From positions 27,304-91,303 of the forward strand of contig DAOPZC010000009.1 of the NCBI GenBank assembly GCA_035353175.1: 64,000 nucleotides of DNA, given 5' to 3'. The position numbers were made by a program, and so were the translations under genes. How positions within the stretch are numbered: position 1 is the first letter of the stretch; every line of letters begins with the position of its first letter. Below the pieces are notes generated by a model. It searched no databases. It was not told where the DNA came from and saw only the letters and a list, made by a program, of their open reading frames with translations. The stretch is from Kiritimatiellia bacterium. GTDB lineage: Bacteria; Verrucomicrobiota; Kiritimatiellia; RFP12; UBA1067. Below are positions 28,701 to 40,000 of this stretch, piece by piece.

Positions 28701-28907
28701 GAGGCGCTCCTGCGGTCGGTTGAAAAAGAAACCCAGGCGGCGTTGCTGCCGGGGGCGGGCGGCGGCGGCTTCATTTTCATGATCGCCAAGAGCGCGGCGG
28801 CGGCGGAGCGCATACGCCGTGTGTTCGGCGCGAATCCGCCGAACCCGCACGCGCGTTTCTTCGACTTCGACGTGGACCGTCAGGGGCTGAAGGTCACGGT
28901 GCTGTAG
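25701..28907 (+). CDS. fkp: Bifunctional L-fucokinase/fucose-1-phosphate guanylyltransferase (Fkp-like) with low-complexity in-frame insertions
   Basis: 1068 aa. N-terminal fucokinase/nucleotidyltransferase-type domain. C-terminal GHMP-kinase domain with motif PKGSGMGTSSILGAAV and the C-terminal GHMP region (LPGAGGGGFIFM). The architecture matches Bacteroides Fkp. About 120 aa of extra inserted repeats are present (MGNGQPAIGNGQWAMGNG; GGRKTEDGGRKAEDGGRKTEDG). Confidence 0.75.
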   Translation: MEMTPFDILVLTAANEAQAEGYRAQLAWRQANGLLDPATRALVITDPGGRRVGSLGATLNVLAELAREPGGRKTEDGGGTKKAGLKLRASDLEAAFRNKRILICHSGGDSRRTPAYAAQGKVFTPVPTAAANGAPLALFDLILQTVSNLPAPAQGHVLVTSGDVLLTFDHASVDFALPGITGVAYFGPVERGSHHGVYVPEAFRGNPLRTECVPVVDFLQKPTEDEARACGAVDPFGHVAVDTGLVSFDPATCARLLAFAGKGLLAEIVGGSCPALDLYEELTMAVAPRFDEARYLERFVTGRGRDAAHGRRMRAFYRALRGVPFRVNIVPYCEFFHIGSSRELLSGFAGLSRTAQEYRFANGSGACVTRGGETGRAFIFNARIECPLKTGAALIEGVHAAGCKALTLEGENILTGLPPEASGEIRLPKGVGLVCLPIGNAAWAAVAYGLDDDFKTPFGGAKPCRFLNAPIEAWLARSGVPASRLWRGDEQDGLWRARLWRVGTLDEVLAEAVAMGNGQPAIGNGQWAMGNGLAGWGARRYGIAELLPRVNHERLLAVRQEIRRQVNLMSVAERLLGDDALPAATVCGEIRNRDESARVVRQLAALLEGEALDKPLLRARVLRLMAMIGQRDGGRKTEDGGRKAEDGGRKTEDGWRERPARGEAAGRRSPVVDPQAAAFAAVAEAVAVSFEPCGQPRAAAILHDQVVWVTTPVRIDFAGGWSDTPPICTERGGAVLNAAVTLNGLYPVQVMAKLNTAGCIRLSSIDLGERKEIRTTEELLDHRDPHDWAALAKAALILAGIGPSRTEEPLAQWLKALGGGLDLTIFSSLPKGSGMGTSSILGAAVIACLDRVLGVPFNTDRLVRMASILEQRMCTGGGWQDQVGGIMPGVKLIRTEPGPDQTVSLRWTVFDMSEGSELKRRCLLYFTGQKRMARNILQNVVSGYLARDPLVLQTVEDLKEAATAAKEALDAQDIDGFARGVARYWELKKRIDPGSTNAPIEALLRSVEKETQAALLPGAGGGGFIFMIAKSAAAAERIRRVFGANPPNPHARFFDFDVDRQGLKVTVL

Positions 28908-28923
28908 AAAACTTCTTCCCCGC

Positions 28924-30300
<1,377 letters not shown>

Positions 30301-30477
30301 AGTGCGTTCACTATAATGCATGCCTACGGTTGTAGGCAATCGCAAAGATGGAAGGTTTTTACAAAATGACCTTGCCCGAGCGGTTTCCCTCATGATACGA
30401 TAAAAAAATGACGGAGTTGTGTCTTTCAGGTGTATTCCCGAATGGAAAAACGCTCGGAGAACGGCTCAAAAGAGATG

Positions 30478-31008
30478 TGTATGAACGGTTTTTTAAGCAG
30501 TAAACAGGAAAAGTGCTTGAAAAAAGCGATCGTAACAGCGGTTTACGGGTCCGCTGTGTCAATGGTATTTGTTTGTCTTCTGGCGGCGGGCTGCGGGAAG
30601 CGCACGGAAGGCGAGGCGACGGAGACGACCGGCTCCGGTTTGGCGCGTGTGGTGACCAACCGGATGCAGGATGCCTCCTACCGCAAGGCGCTCGACCAGA
30701 ACCGGCAGGAGCAGAGTCAGAAAGCTTTCGAGCGCAATGAGATCGTCAAGAAAATGGAGGCCTGCATCGAGCGGGCGCGGGCGACGTTGCCGGCGGGCGC
30801 GGATGACAAGGCCGTGAAGGCCGTCTTGGAAAAAGATCCCGAGTGGAAGGCGCTGGAGGCGAAGAACGCGCAAGCGAGCGGCGAGATCGAAAAAACCTTG
30901 GCGAAGGCCCGGGAAACGATCCGTCAGCGCATGCAGGCCGAGGCGCGGGACGTGAAGGCAGTGGCCGAGGGCCGGGCCGTTGCGGTGGAACCGCCGTCAG
31001 CAAAGTAA
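30478..31008 (+). CDS. Small lipoprotein of unknown function (coiled-coil, Lys/Glu/Ala-rich)
   Basis: Lipobox LLAAGC|GK after a hydrophobic h-region. Start is ambiguous (ORF begins at 30430; ATGs at 30478 and 30484). Lower GC at the 5' end. Confidence 0.55.
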   Translation, partial: CMNGFLSSKQEKCLKKAIVTAVYGSAVSMVFVCLLAAGCGKRTEGEATETTGSGLARVVTNRMQDASYRKALDQNRQEQSQKAFERNEIVKKMEACIERARATLPAGADDKAVKAVLEKDPEWKALEAKNAQASGEIEKTLAKARETIRQRMQAEARDVKAVAEGRAVAVEPPSAK

Positions 31009-31062
31009 GGTGCCAGGGGTTGCCCTCAACAAACGATTTACTGTGAGAACAGGAGAATACGC

Positions 31063-34000
31063 ATGAAAACGAGCTGCATGAAGAACGTATTGAAAAAGCT
31101 GGCTTTCCCCTTGGTGGCCTGCGGGTTCCTTTGGACAGGGGCTTCGGCGTGGGCGCAGTTGGGCGACATCGTGAGCATCTTCTCCGATCAGCCGAACTTC
31201 ACCTATTCGGCCTCCGGAGACCAGGTCGAGATCAAGATCAAGCTGGACGGCGGCATCCTCAAAAATGGCATTTTTTCTAAACGTGCGGTGACCGGCACCA
31301 CCCCGTCGGAGTATTTCCCCCCCGAGCTCCGGCTGGTCGTGAACGGCAAGGCGGCGTGGGCGCCTTTGTCCCGGCTCAATGCGTACCAGGTGGCCGCGGG
31401 CAATCCGCACTACCGCACGGAAGCGGTCTTCACGTATACGATCAAGCCGGGCGACATGGCCACCCCCCTGCGCATTTTCGGTTCGGCCGGCAGTTCGGGC
31501 AGCGGCGCCGCCTTCCAGTTCTATATGAACAACTGGGAGATCTACAACACCGTCACCACCAGCAACGCGGTGTGGCGTCTGAATATGGCCAACACCGGTC
31601 TGGAGCCGGGGGTGACCGACTATTACGACGTGGATTTCTCCGGCGCGAACGTGAAGCTGCGCACGCTGGAGTTCGATGAGGTCCGGTCGCCCATCACCGT
31701 CGCGGCGACGGAGTCGACCTCGTGGCGCGTGTCTTCCGTGAACCCTGTGGCCCCCTCCAATGTGGTCGACTGCGTGGTCTGGACGCCCAGCAATGTCGTG
31801 CAGATCGGCACCGTCGCGGGCCAGTCGGCGCTGCCCGTCAATATCCCCGGCGGCGCCACGTATGTGGACTTCCCCGTCAAGGGCCTCGTGGAAGGCGAGA
31901 CCGAAATCTACCTGCAGCGCGCGCAGGACTACGCCAATAACGCGACCGTCGGCGTCACCAACTACATCAAGCGCAAGATCACGGTGACGACCGCCCCCGC
32001 GCCGACCGTCTCCATCCGGATGACTTCGTCCGGCACGGATTCGGCGACGCTGAGCGAGTCGGCCGCCGCCAACACCGGCGCGCTGATCGTCGACATCTCG
32101 CAGGCGTTCTCGAACGACGTCTATGTGAGCCTGAGCACGCTGCCGTCGGGGCAGAGCAACCTGACGTTCGCCGCGGCGCTGCCGGTGGTGACGATCCCGG
32201 CGGGCTCGACCTCTTCCTCCGAGGTCCGCTTCAGCGTGCCGGACGGCACGGTCCTGAGCGAAAGCGCGGGAATCGAGATCGTTCCCTCCGTGACCAACAC
32301 GGCGGCGCAGTCCTTCTATTCGCGCATGAAGTCCGGCTATGTCTATGTCGCGAACGTCACCCCGGAAATCGTGAGCCCGCAGACGAACGAAACGTTCACG
32401 GTGTCGCAGAACACGGCGTATCCCTTCACCTGGTCGGTCCGCGACGTGAATGCGGACAAGCTGTCGGGCATGACCGTGACATGGAAGTTCGGGACGGATC
32501 CCGCCACGAACGTGACCGGCGCCACCGGCACCATCCTGCACACCTTCCCCATTACGCCGGCGGCAAAAGTGTATAAAGTCGAGATCACGGCGACGGACAA
32601 GGACGGCGACCAGTCGGAGACGACCGCGATCTACGTGACGGCGACGCCGCCCACGCCGAGCCCGAGCGTGCGCGTCATTCCTTCCGCCTCCTATTTTGAA
32701 ACCACGACCAACAATACGGGATCTCTGATGGTGGTGTTGTCCGAAGCCTATTCGGAGAACGTGTATGTCAAGCTCTCGACCGATCCCGCAGTGCAGAACA
32801 ACCTCATCCTTTCGACAACGAACGCGATCCGCATTCTGAAGGGCGAGCTGACGAACGCGATCCCGGTCACGTTCAGCGTCCCCGACGGAACGGTCCTGAG
32901 CGAGCAGTACGGGATCGAGATTGTCCCGACGGTGACGAACGCCAGCGCGGCGGCCTATTATACCGATCTCGTGTCGGCCCTCGTGACGGTCAAGAACAAC
33001 CGCCCGGTCGTGGGCAGCCCGGTGGCCGGCAGCTCGGTCGGCCCGATTCCCGCGACGGTGCCCTACACCTTCAACTACACGGTGAAGGATGTCACGGCGG
33101 ATCTCTCTACGATGATCGTGAACTGGCGCTTCACCGAAGGTGGTCCGATCTATACGGTGACCGGCGCGGTCGGCTCGGTTGCCTACACCTATATGTCGCA
33201 GGGCACCAATACGGTGTGGATGCAGGCCGTGGATAAGGACGGCGGGGTCTCCGACGAGGTGCAGTTCACGGTGTATGTCGGCCAGGCTCCGGGCGTCGAG
33301 ATCATCACGCCGGCCGGCGAACTCTCCGAAACGGCCAATGCGGGCATCCCCGATCAGATTTATGTGCGGTTGACGACGCCGTACACCTATGCGACGACGG
33401 TGACGCTGAACGTCACGCCCGCGAACAGCACGGGGAACGGCACCTTGACGCTGAGCGCCTACACGGTCGTGATTCCGGCGGGCCAGATCGAGGCGAAGAT
33501 CAACATCAGCAATGTGAAGGACGGCACCGATATCTCGCGCAACACCGGCTTCATGATAACCCCCGTGGTCGGCGCGCAGAACAACGCCGACGCGTTCTTC
33601 TCAAACAACATGCCCGGCTATGTGTATATCCGCAACGAAAAGCCGGAGATCAACACCCCTGAAGATACGGACACGACCGCCGAGACGGTGGTGTACACGG
33701 TCGCGCAGGGCACCGCTTGGACGTACTACTGGGACATCACCGATGTGGCGCTGGATTCGACCTCGACGGTCGGCACCGGCATGAAGGTGACGTGGTACTT
33801 CGGCGACGGCGAAGTCTCGCCCGCGCTGTGGGGCCGGTCGGGCTCCGTGTCGCATACCTACACGGCGATCGGCGACCTGATCGTGCGCATGGTGGCGGAG
33901 GACAAAGACGGCGGACGCGACCAGGCCTCCTTCAAGATCCGCGTGGCGCCGGCGAAAGCCGTCAACGTGACGCCGGTCGGACCGGTCCGTGCGGGAGCCT

Positions 34001-37000
34001 ACGCCGGTGCCCAGGGGTTGGGCAACGGAATCATCCGCTCGTATGACGCGGTCAACCGCGCCATCGAACAGAACGTCTTCTTCTTCAAGTACAACCCCAG
34101 CGTCACCTCGGCCGATCTGGTGGCCGAGCCCTATAAGACCTCCAAGAACGTGGCGGGCGACATCGTCCCGTACACGCTGACGAACTACATCACGCGGGTC
34201 AGCGGCATTCCGAACGTGTCGGCGTTCGGCACTCCGAACGGCAGCGTCGAGTTTGACAGCTTCTTCTATGTGTGGGTCGGCGCCGATCAAGGGCTGCCCG
34301 CCGAAGCGGTGGTGCCTCTCGCGAGCCCTGTGACGTCCGTCACGCTGCCCGCCTCCACCACGGACGCCGCCACCACGGGATCGTCGTCGTCCAGCGTCGA
34401 GATCCGTCTGGTGCAGGCGGTCTTCAGCCGCGAGTATCGCGCGACCGACAACATCGGCGACATCAACAACGACGGCATTCCCGATCCGCTGGCGATCCTG
34501 TACGGGTTCCCCACGCTCTTGGGAACCGACCTCACGTCGGCGAAAGACTACAATGCCGACCTCGATTACCTGCCGGGTGCGGCCAGCGACGGCGGCGGGC
34601 TCATCGGCGGGAACCTGACCACGTGGGCGGCCGTCGGCCGTCCCTTCACCGCGTTCCTCGAGATCCGCGGCTACCATGAGGGCCTGAACAACAAGGACTA
34701 CGGCTCCGATGACGACTTCGGCCCCGGCGAAGAGGAAGTCACGGCGTATGACATGAGCCCGGAGCGTCCCACCGATCCGACCAAGCTCGATACCGACGGC
34801 GACGGATTCCCGGACGGCTGGGAATACTATTTCTGGTATAACGCGGTGGTGAACCATCTGACCGGCCGCCGCTACAACCCGAACGACATCGCCTCGGGGC
34901 AGCTCCTGGACTGGCCGGAAATCTACGCCAAGTTCGATCCGATCACGCCGGCCACCGACGCGTTCGATACACGCGACTTGGATAACGACGGCATCACGGA
35001 CTACGAAGAGTTGGTTTCGGGAACCAACCCGATCAACTGGGACAGCGATAACGACGGCATGTGCGACGGCTGGGAGATTCTGCGCGGGCTCAACCCGACC
35101 GAGCCGCGCGACGCCACCGATGCGGGCATGAACAACCTCGACGGCGACTATATGGCCTATGGCACGGTGCAGGGCGACTACGTGCCGGTCGTGCTGGATG
35201 GCGCCACGAACTATTATCTGCGCGTCTCGACCGTCAACGACCCCCTGCCCGCTTACTACACCTGGTTCAACTACGGCGCCTCCAATGCCCCCATCGCGCT
35301 CGGCCGTCCCGTCGATCTGCCGGTCGGCGCGGCGGTGGACGAGGAGGGGGTGACGAGCCTCGACGTGTTGGTCCTGCACTTCCAGGCGTACCAGGTGCTG
35401 GGCTTTGATCCGCGCACGGCGTGGACGCGGTCGGTGAATCCGGCCCAGTTCCCGAACCGGTTCATGAGCTATTTGGCGGGCAACGCCCCGAACACCAAGG
35501 CGTTCACGACGCTGGACGAGTATCTGCTGATGAAGTTCATGTCCGAGAACCGCGTGAACGGCGCAGGCGCCACGATCGGTGCCGGCAACGCGGAAAACAA
35601 GACGCGGGAGTGGAGCGCATTCTCCACAAACCCGCTGACGCCCGACAGCGACGCGAACGCCACGAAGGACGACGGCATGCCGGACGGCTGGGAGCTGTAT
35701 GTGGCGTGCGCTCCGGGATCGCGTGTCTTCGCCATCTCCCCGTGGAATCCCGATGACGGCCGCGACAACAACGACGAGAACATCAACCCCGTGCTGAACA
35801 ACCGCCGCGAATTCGCGGGCACGGACTCGTGCGCGGCCTACACCAATGCGGCGCTCTACGCCTCCGGCCCCGGACGCGTCACGATCGTCCGTCCCGGCAC
35901 CGATACGGCGTGGCTCAACAAATTCTGGCCGACCGATCCGTGGAACGCGGATACGGATGGCGATGCGCTGGAAGACGGCGTCGAGTCCGCCACCCAAGTG
36001 CCGGTGGCCTTCCTGATGGACGGCAGCTGGTGGACGGTCGGCGATACGACGCTGCAGTATGGTCTCGGCGTCGATAACGGCAAGGGCTGTATCCGCGGCG
36101 CGGGCCTCAACCCCTGCACGATGGATACCGACTGGGATGCGCTGACCGACTCGTGGGAGTATGACCACGCGGGCACCAACGCGCTCTCCGGCGTGACCGG
36201 CAGGCGATTCATTGACGACGGCATGGACGGCACGCACGGTCCGGCGAACGAAACGGCCTATTCGATCGGCGACGCCTACACGGCGTATGACATGTATGTC
36301 ACGGGCAGCGGGGCCGTGAACCGCAACATGGACTATGACCGTGACGGCCTGGAGAACTATCAGGAATACTGGGTCCAGGCGGTGCGTCATTTCCGCTACG
36401 ATTATACTGCGGACTTTGCCGCCATGGACGGCTCAGACGGCCCGTCGGTGTTCTTCACGCCGATCACGAACCCGTGGGACCTCGCGGTGTATTCCTATTG
36501 GTGGCTGCCGTTCGCGGTGACCCAGGAGATGCTGCTGCCCGTGGGCGCCGGCTATTTTGTCTCGACCGATCCGCGTGAGCCGGATACCGATTTCGACGGC
36601 ATGGACGACTACTACGAGATGTTCCATGGCCTGAACCCGATCTTGGGCGATACGACCCACGCGTACGGCGACCGGGTCGCGAGGGCCTATCTGAACACCA
36701 TCGACTATGGATCCGATGATCCCGGCAACGACTGGGGCACCGGCCTGCCGATGGACTTCCAGCAATATCCTTGGCTCGCGGGCATGGACGAGGCGGATCC
36801 CGACGCGGACGGGCTGCGGAACCTCGAGGAGCAGATCCAGCCGGATACGGCGGCGGCGTCTTGCTCGAACACCGACCCGACGCCGATGTGGATGACCGAC
36901 CTCAGCAGCACGAACAGCCTGACCGCGCGCTTCTACGGCTGGGGCGGCGAGTTCTTCTGGCCCGGAGCCCTGACCCTGGACGAGGATTACAAGATGTACT

Positions 37001-40000
37001 CGTTCGAGATGAACGAAGGCTACGATACCGATAACGACGGCGTCTCCGACAAGGCCGAGAAAGTCCAGGCCGCGACGGCATTGTCCGACCCGCAGGATCA
37101 GGACGATCCGCTGCGCCGTCAGGCGATGTGGTTCGATGGCGTGCAGTCTGCCGCCCAGACGCTGACGGGCTACTCTTACAACGAGTGGGCGTTCCGCAGC
37201 TTCACGGTTGAATTGTGGGTCCGCCCCGAGGACGTGAGCCGCGACCAGGTGCTGATCGAGCGCCCGATCGTATACGGAGCGAGCGATCTGAGCACGACGA
37301 GCGATGTGGTGCGCGTCAACTTCCGGCTCGGCATTGCGGCGGACGGCCGCGTTTACGGCCTGTTCCAAAACGCCGGCGGACAAGATGCCCAGACGGGCGT
37401 CGTCGAGGCGTACGGGCGCAAGTTGAGCGCAGGGGTGTGGTGGCATATCGCCGCGAAGATGGACGGTTCGGCGGGCCTGTTCAAGCTGTTCGTGAACGGC
37501 AACACCGAGCTTTCGGTGCCGACCACCCAGATCCCGGCCAACGGCGTGCTGAACATCCTGTCGGATCCCGACAGCGCGCAGTATCCCACGCCGTATCGGA
37601 TCACGTTGAATCCGGGCTTGGTCGTCTTGGGCGCCTCGAATCTGAATCCCTTCCCCAGCGAGCCGGCCTCGTGGGGCAACTACACCAACTTCTATGCCGG
37701 TTATATCGACGAGGTCCGCGTATGGGACGGCGCGCGCACCGATAACGAAATCCTCGAAGGCTACACGAAGCGGTTCACCCGCGACGATGTGGACTTGAAC
37801 CGCGAAGAGATCCAGGCGGCCTTGGCCGAAGGCGGATCGCGCGTCGCGGGTTCTGCCGTGTCGCTGCCGGCCGAGCTGATCTATCACTATACGTTCGATA
37901 ACCTCTATAGCTCGGACGTGACGAACACCGTCACCCGTGTCCCGCGCGGATTCAACTACTGGACTGCGGCGACGAACCGTCCTTCGGGCTATCTGGTCGG
38001 CTGGTGGTCCGAGCTCGCGACGCATAGCCAGGTTTACAGCGACTACGGCTATGTGCCGTGGATCGAGAACAGCGTCGAGCATCTCCCGATGACGAACGGG
38101 GTGGTGCGGAACTCCGTCTACTGGTCGAACGTCTTGGCCGGCGAGATCCCGACGGATCCCAGCGCGCACGGCTTGACCCAGTACAGCTTCCCGAACACCG
38201 GCAATCCGTATGGCCTGAGGTACAACACCAGCCTGCAAGGATTCTCGACCGAAAGCGTCGGAGAAAAGATCGGCAGCGACCTGTTGCCGTTGGGCAACGC
38301 GTGGGCCAAGCAGATCTCGGAGATGTGGGACGACGGCACGCCCAGCGGCGTCTGGGCCGAGACGGGCACGGACGAAGATGCGGACGGCTTGGCCGACTGG
38401 TGGGAAAATCTGCACGGCCTGGATCCGGCCAGCAGCGCGGGCGCCAACGGCTGGTATGGTGACGCGGACGGCGACGGCATCATCAACGGCGAAGAGTATC
38501 TGCGCGACATCGCCAACGGCTGGCGTGACGGCGACACGATCGTTTCCGGCCCGACGGGTCTGGTGCAGACGGCGGACGTGGATAATGACGGCCTGCCCGA
38601 CTGGTGGGAAAACATCTTCAATCTCAAGACCAATGACGGCGGCGGCGACAACGGCGCGCTGGGCGATCCCGATCTGGACGGGCTCAGCAATTTCGCCGAG
38701 TATCTGCTGGCGGAAGAACTGGCCTTCAATCCCGCTCTGCGGCCGAACCAGTTCCGGTCGAGCGCGGAACAGAAGGTGTCGGACTACTTCCTGAAAGAGG
38801 GCAAGCTCTATTACGGCCAGATGATGGCTGACCACGACTTCATGGAAGATGATTGGGAGGGGACGTTCGCCCAGAAATATGTCAGCCGGTTCGTCTACGA
38901 CCCGCACCTTGACAACGACGACGACGGGTGGTCGAACTGGTCCGAGTGCCGTTACTCCAAGTCGGCGGTGAACGTGCTGGCGGATTCCGTCATGACGACC
39001 GAAGCGCTTGGCAACATGAAGTACGAGTTCCCGATTCCCTTGATCGAGACCACGCTCCGTTACGGCGGCGTGCAGAGTGACGGGAACATCATCCTGAACG
39101 CCTATTCTTCGGCCGAGATGGACGGTCTGCCCGACGCGGTGTTCAAGATGCCGTTCGGCAAAAACACGACGGCCTCCGCCAAGACACTGGCTCTCGGTTA
39201 CTGGGAAAACCGTCTGGCGACGGGCGTGATGAGCCCCGGCTCGATCCAGCCCGGAACCATCAGCTTCAAATTCACCGACATGTGGACCGGCATCTCCTCC
39301 GGGACGGGCTTCGACTTCGACGGCATCTTGTACGGCGGGTCGGTGACGGGCAACATGCGTAAGGTCGGCACGGTGAACTACCTGACGGGCGAGTTCACGT
39401 TCGACATGCGCGAATACGAAGGGACCATTATTCTGCTCTCGGACGAGATCGAGTCGCGCGAAGATTACATCGACTGCGAGATCTCGTACATCGAGATGAG
39501 CTACTCCGTCAAGCTGGTTGACGGATGGCCGAAGAAGCTCTACCTCTCGCGCGCCGACACCGGCGCGATCCGCGAGGGTCTGAACTATTTGTTTGCCTTC
39601 GTGGACTTGGACAACAACGGCATTTGGAATGCGGGTGAGCCGTGCGGCGTGTCGGATGGCAACGGTGTCGATATCGGGTATGACCGTGTCGAGCTCGATC
39701 TCGAGCTGACCGACTATACGTCCGGCTATCTGCGCATGTCGCTGAGCAGCGGGCGACGTTCGGAAGACGTCTACTTCGGCTACGGCCAGGCGGGCGGCGG
39801 TCTCTCCGGTGGCCTCGCGAACCGTGTCCGTGTCCAGCGCAAGTCCGTGGACGGCAAGGCGGCCAAGAAGGTGGTGTTCGACAAGGTGATCGACTCCGAC
39901 CGCACCTATGTCCATGAGGGCGACCTGTTCGACCAGGGCTTGCTGGCTTTGGATTGGGGCATGTCGGACGTCTCGACCTCGTGGGACCGGACCACCGTGG

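Noticed and set aside
31009-31024. Candidate sigma54 -24/-12 promoter (ggtgccaggggttgcc) upstream of the giant adhesin gene
   Set aside because: The GG-to-GC spacing is 11 rather than 10, and the TGGCAC/TTGCW consensus match is poor. It is kept only as a hypothesis inside the cluster finding.
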